A stretch of 62,475 nucleotides of DNA from a virus (lineage: Duplodnaviria; Caudoviricetes). The stretch's first letter is position 1. Every line of letters begins with the position of its first letter. The notes beneath the pieces were generated by a model. It had not been told where the DNA came from and did not search any database. It was given only the letters and a program-made list of their open reading frames with translations. The stretch spans positions 1 to 62,475 of IMG/VR virus record IMGVR_UViG_3300023184_000124; one strand, 5' to 3'. Shown piece by piece: positions 49,001 to 62,475 of this stretch. The position numbers were made by a program, and so were the translations under genes.

Positions 49001-52000
49001 AAATGACCGAAGAGTTTATGTATTGGGTTCAGTTGGGTTGGGAAGTAGGAAGTATAGTTAATGTAAATCCGGCGGCTACCTATTTAGTTATTTCTCGTGA
49101 CAGTTCAATTGTACAACCTTTAACTTTCCATCAACAAAATTTTGTATTAAATCAAAATTTATATCCAATTCAATCTAGAGATTTGAGCATAGTTCGTGAA
49201 GATACGACCTTTAGCATAAAGACATTAAATGCAGGCGACACTATATCCTACGGACAATTTAATATATATAATTTTGAACATGGCATTGTGTTTGATAATA
49301 TTACGTTATTTAATGATACTATCTATAATTTAATAACTGGGCTACGTCAAGTAAGAATAATATTAAATGGTACTAAAACTGCTGAGTGGAACGGCACGAT
49401 TGATGCTCAAGGATTTATTCTTAATCAAGATAATATACTTGAGTGGAATAAAGAAGTAAAATACACAACCGGTTCTATTATAAAATATAAAAATAGATAT
49501 TGGATAGCAATAAAAATCAGTCAAGCAAAAGAAATATTTGATGAACAAGACTGGAAACTAACAGATTATAACGAAATACAAAAGGGATTATTGCCTAACT
49601 CAAGCACACGTTCATATGAAAGTACCTTATATTACAACTCTAATTATGCTAACTTAGAACAAGATTCTGATTTATTAAGTTTTTCTTTAATAGGGTATCG
49701 TCCTAGAGATTACTTATCCGTTGCGGATTTATCTGATATAACTCAGATTAATGTTTATCAAAATTTAATTAAAGAAAAGGGAACACTAAATGCAGTAAGT
49801 GCCTTTAAGGGTGCAACATTATTGCAAGGCGGAATTAAATATGATGTTTATGAAAATTGGGCTATAAAATCAGGTGAATTTGGCGGAGTACTAAATGATA
49901 ATTTTGTTCAATTTAAATTAAATCAAACTTACTTAACAGGTAATCCCTCTATAGTAGGTCTTACTAATGGTATAGCAAATGAAGGAGTTCAGCAAGAAAT
50001 TCCTATATATTCATTATTTAATTATGGCAGAGTTATTAATGATGTTAATATATTACCTACTATAAATGCAGGCACACAATCAACTGTATTCCCTGACGCC
50101 GGATATGTAAATTATAATGATATTAAAATGTCATCATATTTCTATTTTAATTTACCTCAGGCTGCTAATCAATATGGTAAAGTAATTCCGTTATCTAATT
50201 TTTATGTAAGAGATTATACTTGGCTGGCTAATTATTTAGGCACATGGCAGGTATTTACCCCTGCTTCATTGGGTCAGGTTATATATGCTAAAAATAATTT
50301 AAATGGAACTGTTACAATAACATTTAACCAAACTCATAATTTAGAACAATATCAACCGCTAGCAATAGTTAATTTCAATGATGGTATCAATGGATATTAT
50401 ATCGTAAGTTTAGTAGTAGATCCCAATCGTGTTATTATTAATTTAACATTAAATCCAAGTATTCTTACAGTTACTGGATTTGGAATTGGATTTAAATTTC
50501 AATCACAACGAGTGGCCACCCCGTCTGAAATAATTAATTTACCTTTATTAGACGCTGAATTTATTAAAAATAAAGTGTGGGTAGATACTAATGAAGACGG
50601 TAACTGGGCTGTATTACGAAAAAATATTAATTATCAATATGAATCTGAAATTCTAAAAGCAACAAGTAATACGTTTGGTAGTGCTGTGGCATATACTGCT
50701 GATATTGGTTATTTAATAGGCGATGCCACAGCCGGCAAAGTATATAGATATGTATATAATGAAGTAGATTTTATATATGAAATAGTACAAACTATTACTA
50801 ATGCTTCTTCATTTGGTACAACTATAGTGCATGTTGGAGATCTTATAGTAATATCAGAGCCAACTACTCCTAAGGTCTATATATATCAATTACAACATAC
50901 TGCTGTAATTAATTCTATTACCCCGTATCAAAATACAATAGCATTACCCGGAGATGCTATTGCAATATCAGGCGATCAAAATTGGATATATATTTCTGAT
51001 ACCTTAAATAATAGTGTATCTGCTTATCGTAAATCTCAAAATACAGGAAAATATGAAATTTCATATGTTATAGATGGTAATTCACTTGGATTAACTTCAG
51101 TAACAACTGCCGGTAGTTTTACAATAGGAAATAGTTATGAAATTAAAACGGTTGGTTCAACTGACTTTACTTTAATTGGTGCAGCATCTAATACAATAGG
51201 CGTACTATTTACTGCAACAGGAGTTGGGTCCGGTACCGGAACCGCGTATGCCGGAGATAATTTTGGATATTCTGTTGCAACTGATTACTATGGAGATACT
51301 ATTGTTATAGGTACCCCAAACAAAGATTATAGTGCAACAGTTGATAATTGGGGATATACATACATATTTGATAGAGTAATGCAAAATATAGAAGTGCAAT
51401 ATACTTCTGCATCCCCATCGATACAAACTTATCAATTAGCATGGACTCCTGTCATCCTTACGACAAATATTATTTCTACTACGGCTACTGACACGATTAC
51501 TTGCGCTAGTACAACTGGATTTACTGTACTTACTCCAGCAATGTTTTCTAATACAATGATAGTTGATAGCGGAATATCTGCTGACATAGTGTATTATATT
51601 CGGTCAGTGCCTACCGGTAGCACATTTACTATTGCTGAAAACAAATATATTACTAGCGTTGCGTCTACTATTGCTACCGATAATTTAATTGTAGTTGATA
51701 GTACAACTAATTTTGTTGTAAACAGTCCAATTATTTTTGAAGGTAATGCTGATGTAACTAATATAGTATCCGGTACAACATACTTTATTAAAACAATAAC
51801 TACTGCAGGATTAGCACCGGCTATAACTATATCTGCAACATCAGGTGGCGGAACATTTACTATTGCATCATCAACTAATTCACTATCGTTAACAGCAGTT
51901 ACACTAAGTAGCCCGGTAACAATAAGTACAAAAACTAGAGCAACCATTACTGCCGGGAATTTTTTAATAGGTAGAACCTATCAAATTATAACAGTTGGGT

Positions 52001-55000
52001 CAACTAACTTTATGTTAATTGGTGCAGCATCTAACACAGTCGGCGTAATATTCACAGCAACTAAAGTTGGTTCTGGCAACGGCACTGCATATGCAGTTAT
52101 GACAATTAATGTTCAAACTGAACCTTTATTTATTAAAGTAAACGGCACTTTAATTACTGACAAAAATTATGCAGTTGTGGGAAATAATTTAATAGTTAAT
52201 CAAACTATTAGAGCTGGCGATTTGGTTAATATAAGTGGGCCGTTATTTACGCTAGTACAAACACTTACTACTGAAACTACTCCTAATGTGGGAGTACATT
52301 TTGGACAAAGCGTTGCTGTTAACACATATGCATCAGAACTATTAATTGGTGCTCCATTTGAGTTGAGTACACAGCGAGATGAAGAGGGAGCAGTATTTAG
52401 ATTTACAAACGGTGGTAGTAACTATGGCGTAATTATAGGAACATCAACTTGTACAGTTACTACCGCACGTAATATTTTATTAAATGGATATTTAATTCCG
52501 ATTGTGGCAGGTAATGCGATAGCAGTTGCTAACACAATTAACAATGCTAACGTAACTAATATTCAAGCATCTGCGGTTAATGGCATGCTTATTATTCAGT
52601 TAATAAATGTTGATTTAGCAACAGCAAACGATAAATTAATATTATCTGTTGTTGATTCCGCTACGTTAAGTGAATTAGGAATTAATTTATACACACAAAC
52701 TCAATTTATTAAATGTCCGCATTTATACGGTCCAACTCAATTTGGAAATGTAGTAAAAGTTAACGCTGCTGGGTCTTTTGTTGCAAGTGCGCCGACTGGC
52801 ACCCGATATTTAGCAACTACTTTTGATTTTACTGATGATGAATTCTTAGATAATGACACATTGTTTGATAATAATACTACGCAGTGGGTAGACCCGTTTT
52901 ATAATGCCGGTGCAGTATACATGTTTGATTATTTACCGGTGTACAATGCAAGTTTGCTTAATCCGGGCAAATATATCTATGCTCAAAGTACTAATGCATT
53001 AAATCAAAGTTACGGTGACCAACCCATGTACGGTCACGCTATTGATTTTACAAACGAATCTTTAATTATAGGCACACCAAACTTTAGAGTGGGATATGAT
53101 AACGGTCAAGTTATTACATATTTAAATACTAGTGGGGTACCTGATTGGAGCACATATAGACAATCAGCACCGGTTGTTGACATAAGCAAAATAGCAAATA
53201 TACAATTGTTTAGTGCTGAAACAAATGAAACATTAGACAATTTAGATTATATTGATCCACTTCAAGGAAAAATATTAGGTGCGGCAAGACAAAATATTGA
53301 TATAATTTCTAATAATGATCCTGCAGGATATAACTCTACAACAGCCCCTCGTGCATTAGTATGGGGGACAGGTAAGGTTGGCCAAATTTGGCTTAACACT
53401 AGTAATATGCGATATGTAAATTATCATCAAGATGATATTTCTTATAATAGTCAATATTGGGGTACATTATTTCCAGGCAGTCAAGTGGCAGTATATACTT
53501 GGGTGTTAAGTAATGTCATCCCTGATTTATATTTAGGCCCAGGCACGCCTTTTGATAACACTAAATATGCTACAAACTATACATTAAATGCTACGGGACT
53601 TGTAGTCCCTGTGTATTATTTCTGGGCAAGCAACACTAATATAGTATCTACCGCAATAGGAAAAACGTTAGCAGACTCTACTATTGCCGGATATATTAAT
53701 TTTCCAAAGAATTCTGGGATAAGTTATTTTGCCCCACTATTACCAAATGTGTTTGGATTGTATAATGCTACGCAATCTATAAATGCAAATGATACTGTAT
53801 TAAATATAGGATATTCAACTGGAACAAATGATGATCCTGGACACAACCAATACGCATTAGTACGTGCTAATTATGCCGATGATTTTTTACCAGGCTTCCC
53901 TAAATTAAACACCACAGATTTACCTACTAATTTATATGATAAGTTACTAGATAGTATGTGCGGAGTGGATGAATCGGGGCAAATTGTTCCTAATCCGTTT
54001 TTACCAAAAGCAGTACAAACTGGTATATTAGTACGACCATCGCAAAGTTTCTTTTTTAATAGATTTGGTGCATTAAAAAATTATTTAATGTATGCTAATA
54101 CTGTGTTAGCACAATTTCCAATTACAGAAATTAGAAGAAGTTTATTTTTAACTGCAACCGGACCATTTTATAATACCTCTGATTATTGGATTTATATTAA
54201 TTGGTGGGCTCCAGGCTATAGTGATGCTACAAAATCTGCAACAACCGTTAATATATATGCTGATTTGGCAGCGTTAGAGGTGGTAGCCGGCACTATTGCT
54301 ACAGTAAAACTAAACGGGAACGGTAATTCAGAAACATATATATTAACTTCTTTGGGTAGTTGGACACGCATAGGACTTAATAATGGAACGATTGAATTTA
54401 GTAGCACATTGTGGGATTATTCAATAGATCGATTTGGATTTGGTGATAATTTTTATGACACCACTGACTTTGATTTATACCCATCTGAAGAAACTAGATT
54501 TATTGTTAGAGCATTAAATGAACAACTTTATACAAATGAATTATTAATATTTCGTAATAAAAGTTTGATATTGTTATTTGAATATATTCAAAGTGAGACC
54601 ATTGAATCTCAAAATTATATTCCATGGTTAAATAAAACTTCATTAATTGATGTATCACACACGATACGAGAGTTGGTGCCTATTGATGAATATAAGGCAG
54701 ATAATCAAGAATTTTTAGCAGGTTATATAAATGAAGTAAAACCATACCATGTTGTAATTAAAGAATTTATATTTAAATACACCGGGGTTGATGTATATGA
54801 AGGTGATATAACAGATTTTGATTTACCAGCTGAATATGACATTGAACAAGAACATTATATTAGCCCGCAATTAGTATATGGTTACCCCGGCACTATATAT
54901 CAGTATTCTTATACAGACCCTATATGGACTACTTCTTCATATAATCAATGGTTTACTAACATGGGTGTAAGCATTACCGGAGTATTAGATTATCAAATTA

Positions 55001-58000
55001 CAACCTTAACAAGTTATATATCATTAAATTCTGTTGCATTTTCAGTTGCAAATGCATTTGGATTGCCTACTACCGGTGTATTATTACTGGGTGATGAAAA
55101 AATAGAATATTCAACCGTTGATAGAAATTTAAGTGTGGTCGCAGGACTAACTAGAGGCATAGGTGGCACTACAGTATCTACACATATACCTGGCGAATTA
55201 ATTTATATAGATTTGCCAGCAGTATTATTACTTGACAGCGGAAGATCCTATACTGAACCCCCTAAAGTTATTGCATATATTGACACTACAATTTATCCAG
55301 AGCCAATGGTTTTAGCAGAGTTGGTTGCAGTTATGAATTTAGATAAAGTACTGTCAATTACGGTTGTTAATCCAGGCAAAGGGTATGCAGTATTGCCAAC
55401 TATTATTATAGATTCAGCAGTAATTATCCCGTTTGAAAGTAGTGCAGTTAGTCTTGTTGGCAATACAATTGATGTGTATGCTCCTTTATTAGAAACAGGA
55501 GATCTTATTCAATATAAGGTGTCGGTAGGAAATACTGCAATTGGAGGATTAGTAAACAATCAATGGTACTATGTGAATGTGCTAGAAACTGTGCCAACTG
55601 TTATTGTCGCATTGTATTCTAATTATGGAGATGCTATTAATGGTAATATATATAACAGAATACCCTTTTACAGTGTAGGTTCTGCTACTGGCGGCTCATT
55701 AAATCTAGGGGCAAGAGCATCTTGTGTTTCAACTGCATCTCCAATTCGTCAAAATAATATTACACTTAAGTTTGACCGCACTACCTATAATTCACAAGTT
55801 ACTGATTGGGAAAGTAATGCATTTTATGCATCTCCGTTTGCTGGACTATATTATAATAGTCAAACAGTATCAAGCTCATCTATTACATTAGAAAATACAC
55901 AGCCCAATATTCAATCAATTTTAGCAAGCGGACAGGGAATATCTTTTGAAATAGTTAATGTAACTAATGATCAAATTATTACGTGGTCATCATTTGCTAG
56001 AATTGTTGAAAGAACAATAGCGGCAACTGATATAATAAGATTAACTTTATTAGACAATGGCGCAGGCAATAGTAATGCATCAGGCTCTACTCTTGGCTTC
56101 TATGTAAGTATGCCGATTAAATTTGTAGGGGCAATGATAGGAGGATTGGTAGACGGTACAACATATTATGTACATTCTATTATAAATGATACTGATTTTA
56201 AAATTTCTACCATAGCCGGCGGTGAATTTACTGGTTCAATTTCAACCACTACACTTACTGTAACTACTGTTATTTCCGGTACAATAACCGTGGGAACTGT
56301 TATAACTGGGTTAGGAATAACAATAGGAACAACAATTACTGCATTAGGTACGGGCACTGGCGGTATAGGAACATATACAATTAATAATAGTCAAACTGTT
56401 AGTTCAATTCAAATTAATGGGACCCCTCCGGTATTTGATTTATCCGGATATATAATTCCTGTGGGTGCAGCACCATTAAATTGCTATACTGCTGACGCAA
56501 GTAATACCGCAATATTAACGGTAACGTATCCTGGCATTTCTACAGTTACAGCAACTACTGCAACAACTAATACATTGACTATTCCGTTAAATTTAACAGG
56601 TAGTGGCGGAACTCAGGGTTTCTATATAAATTTACCAATATATTTTACAGGAACAATGATTGGTGGTATAGATGATAATCAAACTTACTATGTAACCACT
56701 GTAGTTGACAGTCAAAGATTTACAATGTCGTTAAATCAAAACCCATTAACTTTGCCTATAACCGGAGCAAATGCAAGTACAGATAAAATTACGTGCGTAA
56801 CCACAGAGTTGTTATCAGATATATTAACAGTTAATCAACCTATCATATTTAATTCAATGATTATATCTGCTGGGTCTTTTGTAATAGGACAAGAATATAC
56901 TATTGTAACAGTTGGAACAACTAATTGGGACACCGTGGCAGGTATTACTAAAACATATATAGTAGGTGATATCTTTATATGTGCTAATTCTGGAGCAATA
57001 TCTGCCGGTAATTATATATTAGGAGAAACTTATATAATTGTTACATTGGGAACAACAGACTTTACTCTAATTGGAGCAGCATCTTCTGCTGTGGTCACTG
57101 GATCAATATCAGGCACAACGCTTAATATTGCCGGTGTTACTTCAGGCATATTAACAATAGGCACATATATTACAGGGACCGGCGTAACGGCAGGAACATA
57201 TATTACTGCATTTGGAACTGGAGTTGGATATTCAGGAACATATACAATTAATAATAGTCAAACAGTGTCCCCGGCAATTACAATTACCGGGCAACCTCTA
57301 GAGGGAACTTCATTTATTGCATCTGGATTAGGTTCGGGTACTGGAACTGCAGGTGCAACCGGTACAGTCGCCGGCACATCTTTTGGCGGTATCATATCGG
57401 GTACAACATATTATATAAGCACGATACAAAATATATCATCTACAATTACTATATCATCTCAGCCTAATAGTGGTGATTTTAATATTACATCTAATGTAAC
57501 CGGTTCTGCATTATTAACTAGTCAAACTGATACTGTTGCACTTACTACTGATGTTGGTAATATGACAATTAATATTTCGTTACCTGTGAGTCCGGGTCAA
57601 GTTAATGGACAACTATTTACTTTGTATGATACATCACAGCAATTTCCAAATATTAGTTCCGGATTAACCGGAGAATTAATACAACGAACTGTTTCTGATA
57701 CTATACCTGCTTCAGTAACTGCAGGCGATTTTATTATAGGGCAAAGTTATACCATTGTTACTGTTGGCACTACTAACTTTGTGTCTATTGGTGCTTCAGC
57801 AAGTACAATTGGAGTGATCTTTACTGCAACTGGTGCCGGATCTGGTACAGGAACTGCTAATTTACCAAATACCGCAGTTGCAGCCGGGTCGTTTGTAATA
57901 GGGCAAACATATGAAATTGCGTACATAGGAAATACAAACTTTATAGTAATAGGTGCTACAGCGCAAACAATTGGATTAGTATTTACTGCTACTGGCATTG

Positions 58001-61000
58001 GGTCCGGTACCGGAACTGCAACTTTGCCTGCTAGTAACAGAATTATTATTGTTAATACCTTAAATGAAATAGGATTAACTAATTTTTATGTTAATATGCC
58101 AATAAAATTTGGTAGCGCCATTGGAGGATTACTAACAACTACTCAATATTATGTATCGTCTATTGGTATAACAAATATTATAGTAACATCAACCTCATCA
58201 ACTGGTAATGTATTAACTTGTAATAATAGAAATGTTTTATCTGAAGAGATGCCACTACTATTCACTGGATATCCGTTAGGCGGGATAGAATTAGATGTTC
58301 AATATTATGCCACTTTTCTTTATAGTGTGGGAAGTTTTATATTAACTAATCAGTATACTATTACTGTTCTAGGGACTACCACACAAGGAAATTGGAATAC
58401 AATTGCAGGAACATCAGCTATTACATATTCTGTTGGTAGTACTTTTACTTGTGCTAATATAGGTACTGGTTTAGGTAACGGCATTGCAAAAAATAATAAC
58501 CCACATACTTTTTCTGTATCTAATACTCCAGGAGGAAGTATCACCGCGGTCACTACCGAATCTGGTATTATGTATGGAACAGGTTCATCATATATACAAG
58601 TTGCTACTACAGTGGGAGGATCAGAGGTAACTGTCACAACAGCAGCAGGCCCGGTTATATTAAATCAAACTCCTATAGGTATAACGCAGGTTGGAAGTTT
58701 TGTAATAAATCAAATTTATACAATTGTAACAGTAGGCACAACAACAACTTTTCAATGGAATGATATTGCCGGAACAACCGGGGCTACTTATATTGCGGGT
58801 ACTACTTTTACTTGTGTAAATGCGGGTGTGGGTTGGGGAACAGGGACAGCAGTAAATTCAGCAATAACTGCCGGCGCTTTTGTTGTTGGTACAACTTATA
58901 CTATTATTTTTCTAGGGACTACTACACAAGGAAATTGGAATACAATTGCAGGAACATCAGCTATTACATATTCTGTTGGTAGTACTTTTACTTGTGCTAA
59001 TGCAGGCACTGGTACTGGAAAGGCTGTTGCATTGCCAGTATTTGATATAAGTTATATCTTAGGCGGATATCGGGCTATAATTACAAATTCTAGTACCGGA
59101 TATGCACTTGATAATACTTTAACTATATCTGGGGTAAACTTGGGTGGACTGAGTCCGGCAAACGATGTACTATTAACTATTTCAGGTATTAGTACTACTG
59201 GAGAAATAGAAAGAGTAATTTGTTCTGGAACGCCAGTTACTGTGTCTCAAAATTATTACTTAAAATCTATTACACTAAATCAGTTTGCAGTATATTCAAA
59301 TCAATTATTGACCGACTCAGTAAGTGGGATAAATTTTGGATTTAATGGAATAATATCTACTACCGTAACAGCCGCAACCGCGTCAACAGATCGATTTACA
59401 GTAACCAGTTCTACTTATTTTGAAATTTCTGATCCGGTAATATTTACTGGAACCGTCTTTGGAGGAATTGTAGTAGGAAGAACCTATTATATTACTACAA
59501 TACCTACCGCAACTACAATAACTATTTCTGAAACTGTTTCGGGTACTACTTTTAATATTATTGCTGATTCTACAGGAACAATGACGATAGCAATGACAGG
59601 AGATTATGCTTTCTTGCTAGAACCAATTACATTTGAACAAAGTATTGTTAAATATAATAATAGAGTTTATGCATGTATTATTAGTAATAATGATACTGAT
59701 TTTGCATTTGGTAAATGGGAATTATTAGACTCAGGCGATAGAAGACTTAATGCATTAGATAGAATTATAGGTTACTATCAACCTACAATTAATATGCCGG
59801 GGGTAGACCTAACTCAATTACTACAGGGAATTAGATACCCTAATAGTACATACTTAGGAAATCCATTTGCTCCTGAGTTTCAATATGAGTTAGACACTGT
59901 ACTACAAGATTTACCGTTTTATCCAACCGATGTTGATAATATATCAATTACTTGGAACGGAACCACTTATTTAGGAGCTTCTAATACTCCTAGTTATTCA
60001 GAAATTATTACTAGTATTGATGGAAGTGAATGGGCTACCGTAAAATTATCTACTAATCCTGTAAATGTAACTGATATAATATATGCAGGTGAATTTTATG
60101 TAGTTACTGCTAATAATGCTGCAACCCCTATATATCGTAGTAATAACGGATCTACTTGGACATCAAATGGCCAATATACTCCGTTTGGGGCAACTCCGTT
60201 TGATGAATTTCCGTATGATTCAACTTCACTTGAGGTAGCATCATTATCATTAAACAGTGTGGCATATTCTGCATCTCTTCTATTATGGGTGGCTGTTGGG
60301 GAAAACATTGTTACTAGTACTGATACATATGCTTGGGCTGAAACATATACTACCCCTGCTAATTATTTAAATGTACAATTAGTTACATCATTTAACGGTG
60401 TTGCTGGAATAAACTCAACTAGTTTTTCCGGAGTTATTTCTGTGGGTAAAGGACAACGTTTGGTTGCCGGATATGCAATAGATACTGATTTAATAGCAAT
60501 TAGTACTAATGGATATAATTGGACATTATTGCCGTCATTGACAACTAAAGGATTTAACGGGATTACTAATAGTAGCAATCTTATTATTGCAGTTGGAGAA
60601 GATGGATTAATCTACTCAAGTGTAAATGGTAATCTATGGCTTGGAGTTTCAGAAACTTTAGTATACGGAACCTTTGTTGCCGGAAATATAGTGTCAGTGC
60701 AAAGTACTGCGGGATTTGTAGTAAACGATGTAGTCAGATTTACAAGTTCATTTGATAATATTGTATTAAGCACCAGTTATTATATTAAGGCTATCGTATC
60801 TACTTCACAAGTTACATTAAGTCTTACTTCAGGCGGAGCAGCAATTACATTAGGTGGAGCAACACCAAATAATGCAGTTACATTAACTCAGATGTATCAT
60901 TACCCTGAATTATATACATTGAATGATGTCTTATATGCTAATTCAATTTATATAGCAGTTGGAAATAACGGAACAATTAGAACATCGTCTAATGGATATG

Positions 61001-62475
61001 TTTGGACTACTAGAACATCAGGCACTGTTGAAAATCTTAACGGTATCTTATATAATACCAATGATTCAGTATGGATAATAGTAGGTGATAATAATGTTAT
61101 ATTGCAAGGAACATCAAATGGTACAACTTGGACAAATATATCAGCTTTCCTTACTAACCCTGCAGCGTATACAGTCCAAGGAGATTCATTTGAATCTGGG
61201 TATGCTCCGGAAGAATTAGTTTCCGGAGTAGTTACGGATTCGATGACAATGACTGTGGCAACTAGACCTGGTACTAATTGGGATGAAACTATATATCAAC
61301 ATGTTGGATATAATGTTGTTACTACAGAACTTACCCCAACATCAAGTAGTCAAACACTATACAGTTTTGCTAATTTAGTTCCCATACCAATAGAAATTGC
61401 TGTTTTTGTAATTGACGGGGCAACTAATCTAAGTACTTCACTTTATGAACCTGCTAATTATACGATCAATTGGATAAATTTTACAATCACACTTGCTTCT
61501 CCTATATCGTTTAGTCCTGTATTAAATAAATTAAGAATTGATGTATATCAAACAGGTAACGGAGACCAGTTGGTTAAAGCCAGTACAAAAACTGACCCTA
61601 TTAGATTAAATTTAGTTACAGGCTGGAATGAAATAGTTGTTAATTGTAATTATAGTGCTACTATATATTCAGGGTCTGGATTAATTCAGCCTGGCACATC
61701 CCCAATATCTGTAATAGCCACATCAACTAATGCATTGGGAGATAGTATCACTTGTGATGATGTTACTGATTTTGTATTAAATGGTCCAATAAAGTTTCAG
61801 GGAGAAGTATTTGGTGGGGTAGCGGAAGACACTACTTACTATGTTAAGACGGTGAGCTTACTTACAAATCGTATAACCATATCACTTACTGCGCCTAGTG
61901 GTGTAGCAGGTCCCACTTTTGAATTGACTACTGCATTAGGTACAATGCGAGTGCAAATTCAATTTCAATACGGTGTTACATGGACTGCCCCGTTAACAAT
62001 TTACAATAGTACTAAATTAGTGTTAGGCACTACAGAAACAGTAACCCGTACTAAAGCAAGTAACAATGCAATTACATGTCACACTACTACAGGATTATCA
62101 GTAAATGATCAAATCGTGTTTAGCGATACTATGTTTGGAAGTATCATTATTCCGCATACAATTTATTATATTAAAACAATTGTAGATGATAACGAATTTA
62201 CTATTTCAACTAGTCCCGGCGGATCAGTGGTTGTATTAAACGATTTTACCGGCGGTGCAAATTTTATAAGTAGAGATTATGCTATTGATATAGCAAGTAA
62301 CGGTACTTCTGCTAAACTTGTTTTTGCAGGAAAATACAATTCATCAACTCCTACAATATTAACTTCATACGATGCATCAGTTGATTATTTGAATTATACT
62401 TTGTTTGGAGAAACTACTCCTACTCAATATGGATATACTATTCCGGAAACACAGTTATTTACTGGTAACGGAGCA
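43045..62475 (+). CDS. Giant multidomain baseplate/virion protein (gp7-like position), 3'-partial, at least 6,477 aa
   Basis: Absent from the track, consistent with no in-frame stop before the window end. ATG at 43045 reads [17 protein letters not shown]. Contains a W...Y..G..IKY...YW motif (~49441), FG-GAP-like blades (~50640-53150), EVKPYH (~54733), S.DG..W propeller repeats (~59960-61140) and many small beta modules. Confidence 0.88.
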   Translation, partial: MATRIRTLNFLPEIFKTPTNSQFLKATLDQIVAQPNTKKIQGYVGGDFGPGINPNDYYVVEPTKTRTDYQLDPGVVFTKANDATAKDFISYPGIIDALKVEGGLTNNNNRLFNSEFYSWDSFTNLDKIINFNQYYWLPNGPNPVLISNATVYAAAEYTVTTSSTTAGYSISTIQGQLGTTNPSLTLLRGGTYTFAVNQTSNFWIQGAPGVTGYSLTQPNVQTRDVLGVTNNGAETGLITFTVPNKNAQNEYNFLGNNLVDVVSTIPFEQVNGALLSDLVAIDGITSLEGLTVMFYNTGIPDEIGYVSNFFDYTNFDQNTNLVAALTISVTNTTTGTNLITCNSTAGLTLNDTITFTGNIPFGGLIQYSATIPNTIYYIKTINSSTTFTISQTLGGVVFPLTTATGTLIGNINEGLLEEGYYTTVNDNFYTITYIGSSSDPIIRLIPAGQIPTNEKITAVYGTEWITRNFYKNIYGYISVYPYLSAILDKLYYQDGTSQNKVGVINLIDSNNTYSLNVDVDILGKQNFTSTGGVVFTNGLKVIFRGDVFPSSYRTGQYYVEGVGTAIELLKVQDLISPEAFTSGSYIPYDSTAYDIGNFDSELYIPLTPDYITIARNSINKNAWSRSNRWFHIDVINATATYNNDPASITISATQEYKAKRPIIEFYPNINLFNSGTIGKSPIDFIDDRTTDAFSLVAGKENYYPDVTSYSTYNTTLNGVSSDLSGTRTASNTTVNTNLITLSLGNTVGFQINDKVVFTGYPNFGNILSGITYYISTLVSTPSAFIGFISTNTLTVNSISAGSLKLGTYISGVGITAGTYITAFGSGSGGTGTYTINSTLVITTSEMVGNTYESFTISEDQNGDTLILSTASGTFDVVVTPLSTTATVLTTDITGSIAVGQYITDSTQLLPKNSIITAISGTTTLTITMTWNQPTIFASTTVASIITTDLQVDNYALFPGARVVFTADTNDNIKNKIYVSQFSLVAGSTTPVITLTEAEDGLVLPGEQTVAFRGYNYQGMDFYFDGTSWIECQQKITVNQPPLFDVYDNNGISFGNTEIYSSSSFAGSKLFAYGIGYGIDDIILSFPLRYSSVANVGDISFDVSLNKDTFNYVSGTTPITQKINTGYVENTISFGLTKRNLGWQTAIAPSIQYQQFQFNWAPVVGTLPVFTCDIAVVDSVEGNWPVIKVYVDNIFQAADSYTYTTTTTSTIITLNSTIIQSIVEILILSDQVSTTAYYSIPLNLNNNPLNQDLTTVNVGDIRTQYRSIYQNNPNIIGEVFGPNNYRDLGNLVPYGNAIVQNSAALVLPGVFLRKQNYNLFNSLMFNSRSYITFKTQLIDTVNNTAFNALPEPAALLDNALDILTASKIDSEPFFWSDMIPSKSAYISNTYLFANSLDISVYQLSRVYNFSTANYNGVLVYLTRTTNNTTKITQLIKGVDYSISADSPYVTVTLDLIANDIITINEYNQTYGSYIPNTPTKLGLYPATIPGVILDSAYQNPTYFIVGHDGSYNKLYGAYNSTTSTLVDFRDQVLLEYETRVYNNLKVSAIIPIKEYEVLPGFFRETDYTNDDILQIYSETFLNWVGQNRINYKRQIYNTYNQSTYNYFQSGNKINKAVIQQGYWRGIFQYFYDTTTPDKTPWEMLGYTNQPTWWATKYGAAPYTSDNFVLWNDLAEGIDWNDGNPIVIAAAVRPELLQILPVNSAGELLSAFDAIVGNYNNNLFQRDWKVGDDSPAELSYRRSSSWPFDLMRILALTKPAEFFNLGVDLDNYKFNTEFGQYLVNDRSHLVVSNIEIYGSGTAKTSYINWIVDYAKQTGVDATQDLLDVLRDLDVRLVYRLAGFSDKDLLKFYVEKGTPNNTNASLLIPDESYSVLLYDNQPFAKVIYTGVIIQITTNGYAVYGNSQTQAFFKTFKPINNGIYDNIEVETLTVRVASKYSPVEIIIPYGTEFYTVQDVAQFLISYSKYLESEGLVFAEIENGIEINWRQMTEEFMYWVQLGWEVGSIVNVNPAATYLVISRDSSIVQPLTFHQQNFVLNQNLYPIQSRDLSIVREDTTFSIKTLNAGDTISYGQFNIYNFEHGIVFDNITLFNDTIYNLITGLRQVRIILNGTKTAEWNGTIDAQGFILNQDNILEWNKEVKYTTGSIIKYKNRYWIAIKISQAKEIFDEQDWKLTDYNEIQKGLLPNSSTRSYESTLYYNSNYANLEQDSDLLSFSLIGYRPRDYLSVADLSDITQINVYQNLIKEKGTLNAVSAFKGATLLQGGIKYDVYENWAIKSGEFGGVLNDNFVQFKLNQTYLTGNPSIVGLTNGIANEGVQQEIPIYSLFNYGRVINDVNILPTINAGTQSTVFPDAGYVNYNDIKMSSYFYFNLPQAANQYGKVIPLSNFYVRDYTWLANYLGTWQVFTPASLGQVIYAKNNLNGTVTITFNQTHNLEQYQPLAIVNFNDGINGYYIVSLVVDPNRVIINLTLNPSILTVTGFGIGFKFQSQRVATPSEIINLPLLDAEFIKNKVWVDTNEDGNWAVLRKNINYQYESEILKATSNTFGSAVAYTADIGYLIGDATAGKVYRYVYNEVDFIYEIVQTITNASSFGTTIVHVGDLIVISEPTTPKVYIYQLQHTAVINSITPYQNTIALPGDAIAISGDQNWIYISDTLNNSVSAYRKSQNTGKYEISYVIDGNSLGLTSVTTAGSFTIGNSYEIKTVGSTDFTLIGAASNTIGVLFTATGVGSGTGTAYAGDNFGYSVATDYYGDTIVIGTPNKDYSATVDNWGYTYIFDRVMQNIEVQYTSASPSIQTYQLAWTPVILTTNIISTTATDTITCASTTGFTVLTPAMFSNTMIVDSGISADIVYYIRSVPTGSTFTIAENKYITSVASTIATDNLIVVDSTTNFVVNSPIIFEGNADVTNIVSGTTYFIKTITTAGLAPAITISATSGGGTFTIASSTNSLSLTAVTLSSPVTISTKTRATITAGNFLIGRTYQIITVGSTNFMLIGAASNTVGVIFTATKVGSGNGTAYAVMTINVQTEPLFIKVNGTLITDKNYAVVGNNLIVNQTIRAGDLVNISGPLFTLVQTLTTETTPNVGVHFGQSVAVNTYASELLIGAPFELSTQRDEEGAVFRFTNGGSNYGVIIGTSTCTVTTARNILLNGYLIPIVAGNAIAVANTINNANVTNIQASAVNGMLIIQLINVDLATANDKLILSVVDSATLSELGINLYTQTQFIKCPHLYGPTQFGNVVKVNAAGSFVASAPTGTRYLATTFDFTDDEFLDNDTLFDNNTTQWVDPFYNAGAVYMFDYLPVYNASLLNPGKYIYAQSTNALNQSYGDQPMYGHAIDFTNESLIIGTPNFRVGYDNGQVITYLNTSGVPDWSTYRQSAPVVDISKIANIQLFSAETNETLDNLDYIDPLQGKILGAARQNIDIISNNDPAGYNSTTAPRALVWGTGKVGQIWLNTSNMRYVNYHQDDISYNSQYWGTLFPGSQVAVYTWVLSNVIPDLYLGPGTPFDNTKYATNYTLNATGLVVPVYYFWASNTNIVSTAIGKTLADSTIAGYINFPKNSGISYFAPLLPNVFGLYNATQSINANDTVLNIGYSTGTNDDPGHNQYALVRANYADDFLPGFPKLNTTDLPTNLYDKLLDSMCGVDESGQIVPNPFLPKAVQTGILVRPSQSFFFNRFGALKNYLMYANTVLAQFPITEIRRSLFLTATGPFYNTSDYWIYINWWAPGYSDATKSATTVNIYADLAALEVVAGTIATVKLNGNGNSETYILTSLGSWTRIGLNNGTIEFSSTLWDYSIDRFGFGDNFYDTTDFDLYPSEETRFIVRALNEQLYTNELLIFRNKSLILLFEYIQSETIESQNYIPWLNKTSLIDVSHTIRELVPIDEYKADNQEFLAGYINEVKPYHVVIKEFIFKYTGVDVYEGDITDFDLPAEYDIEQEHYISPQLVYGYPGTIYQYSYTDPIWTTSSYNQWFTNMGVSITGVLDYQITTLTSYISLNSVAFSVANAFGLPTTGVLLLGDEKIEYSTVDRNLSVVAGLTRGIGGTTVSTHIPGELIYIDLPAVLLLDSGRSYTEPPKVIAYIDTTIYPEPMVLAELVAVMNLDKVLSITVVNPGKGYAVLPTIIIDSAVIIPFESSAVSLVGNTIDVYAPLLETGDLIQYKVSVGNTAIGGLVNNQWYYVNVLETVPTVIVALYSNYGDAINGNIYNRIPFYSVGSATGGSLNLGARASCVSTASPIRQNNITLKFDRTTYNSQVTDWESNAFYASPFAGLYYNSQTVSSSSITLENTQPNIQSILASGQGISFEIVNVTNDQIITWSSFARIVERTIAATDIIRLTLLDNGAGNSNASGSTLGFYVSMPIKFVGAMIGGLVDGTTYYVHSIINDTDFKISTIAGGEFTGSISTTTLTVTTVISGTITVGTVITGLGITIGTTITALGTGTGGIGTYTINNSQTVSSIQINGTPPVFDLSGYIIPVGAAPLNCYTADASNTAILTVTYPGISTVTATTATTNTLTIPLNLTGSGGTQGFYINLPIYFTGTMIGGIDDNQTYYVTTVVDSQRFTMSLNQNPLTLPITGANASTDKITCVTTELLSDILTVNQPIIFNSMIISAGSFVIGQEYTIVTVGTTNWDTVAGITKTYIVGDIFICANSGAISAGNYILGETYIIVTLGTTDFTLIGAASSAVVTGSISGTTLNIAGVTSGILTIGTYITGTGVTAGTYITAFGTGVGYSGTYTINNSQTVSPAITITGQPLEGTSFIASGLGSGTGTAGATGTVAGTSFGGIISGTTYYISTIQNISSTITISSQPNSGDFNITSNVTGSALLTSQTDTVALTTDVGNMTINISLPVSPGQVNGQLFTLYDTSQQFPNISSGLTGELIQRTVSDTIPASVTAGDFIIGQSYTIVTVGTTNFVSIGASASTIGVIFTATGAGSGTGTANLPNTAVAAGSFVIGQTYEIAYIGNTNFIVIGATAQTIGLVFTATGIGSGTGTATLPASNRIIIVNTLNEIGLTNFYVNMPIKFGSAIGGLLTTTQYYVSSIGITNIIVTSTSSTGNVLTCNNRNVLSEEMPLLFTGYPLGGIELDVQYYATFLYSVGSFILTNQYTITVLGTTTQGNWNTIAGTSAITYSVGSTFTCANIGTGLGNGIAKNNNPHTFSVSNTPGGSITAVTTESGIMYGTGSSYIQVATTVGGSEVTVTTAAGPVILNQTPIGITQVGSFVINQIYTIVTVGTTTTFQWNDIAGTTGATYIAGTTFTCVNAGVGWGTGTAVNSAITAGAFVVGTTYTIIFLGTTTQGNWNTIAGTSAITYSVGSTFTCANAGTGTGKAVALPVFDISYILGGYRAIITNSSTGYALDNTLTISGVNLGGLSPANDVLLTISGISTTGEIERVICSGTPVTVSQNYYLKSITLNQFAVYSNQLLTDSVSGINFGFNGIISTTVTAATASTDRFTVTSSTYFEISDPVIFTGTVFGGIVVGRTYYITTIPTATTITISETVSGTTFNIIADSTGTMTIAMTGDYAFLLEPITFEQSIVKYNNRVYACIISNNDTDFAFGKWELLDSGDRRLNALDRIIGYYQPTINMPGVDLTQLLQGIRYPNSTYLGNPFAPEFQYELDTVLQDLPFYPTDVDNISITWNGTTYLGASNTPSYSEIITSIDGSEWATVKLSTNPVNVTDIIYAGEFYVVTANNAATPIYRSNNGSTWTSNGQYTPFGATPFDEFPYDSTSLEVASLSLNSVAYSASLLLWVAVGENIVTSTDTYAWAETYTTPANYLNVQLVTSFNGVAGINSTSFSGVISVGKGQRLVAGYAIDTDLIAISTNGYNWTLLPSLTTKGFNGITNSSNLIIAVGEDGLIYSSVNGNLWLGVSETLVYGTFVAGNIVSVQSTAGFVVNDVVRFTSSFDNIVLSTSYYIKAIVSTSQVTLSLTSGGAAITLGGATPNNAVTLTQMYHYPELYTLNDVLYANSIYIAVGNNGTIRTSSNGYVWTTRTSGTVENLNGILYNTNDSVWIIVGDNNVILQGTSNGTTWTNISAFLTNPAAYTVQGDSFESGYAPEELVSGVVTDSMTMTVATRPGTNWDETIYQHVGYNVVTTELTPTSSSQTLYSFANLVPIPIEIAVFVIDGATNLSTSLYEPANYTINWINFTITLASPISFSPVLNKLRIDVYQTGNGDQLVKASTKTDPIRLNLVTGWNEIVVNCNYSATIYSGSGLIQPGTSPISVIATSTNALGDSITCDDVTDFVLNGPIKFQGEVFGGVAEDTTYYVKTVSLLTNRITISLTAPSGVAGPTFELTTALGTMRVQIQFQYGVTWTAPLTIYNSTKLVLGTTETVTRTKASNNAITCHTTTGLSVNDQIVFSDTMFGSIIIPHTIYYIKTIVDDNEFTISTSPGGSVVVLNDFTGGANFISRDYAIDIASNGTSAKLVFAGKYNSSTPTILTSYDASVDYLNYTLFGETTPTQYGYTIPETQLFTGNGA
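58367..59001. repeat. 92-bp direct repeat with one mismatch (58367-58458 vs 58910-59001)
   Basis: ttctagggactac(c/t)acacaaggaaattgg...tgtgctaat. The offset of 543 bp keeps the copies in frame. Confidence 0.9.

Noticed and set aside
58367-59001. Diversity-generating retroelement TR/VR pair
   Set aside because: Both copies are in-frame coding, differ by one non-adenine change, and no reverse transcriptase is in the window.
43977-60578. Scattered short minus-strand ORFs suggesting a gene-poor or recoded region
   Set aside because: The region is one open plus-strand frame. TAG and TGA act as normal stops elsewhere (5078, 33238, 39594), so there is no evidence for an alternative genetic code.

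Overview
AT-rich segment of a large T4-superfamily (jumbo-type) myovirus genome in the standard genetic code. The gene set and order most resemble RaK2/GAP32-like and uncultured freshwater jumbo phages, a placement made from memory of the families and not from a search. Left to right on the minus strand: a partial, highly repetitive virion protein (<1-4555, missed by the ORF track); a small replication/chaperone cluster (clamp loader, GroES, a truncated DnaE piece); virion proteins and a GH19 lysin; a T4-order head module (gp23, gp22, gp21, core proteins, gp20); and a tape-measure-like gene. A divergent gp26/gp51-like pair follows, joined by a clear -1 frameshift signal. Next come a ~460-nt structured non-coding region and a minus-strand run of Holliday resolvase, radical SAM, SDR, gp46, gp47 and gp55-like sigma factor. 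The rest is a plus-strand baseplate module (gp48/54-like, gp53, hub, gp5, gp25, gp6) ending in a giant >6,400-aa ORF that runs off the window (also missed by the track). A late-promoter motif (TAAATA core, variant TAAGTA) recurs before virion genes. No tRNA, CRISPR array, reverse transcriptase or transposase was seen. The best novelty candidates are the structured RNA/origin-like locus at 24060-24520, the frameshift at 23790, the nested insertion modules in the virion proteins and the split DnaE.
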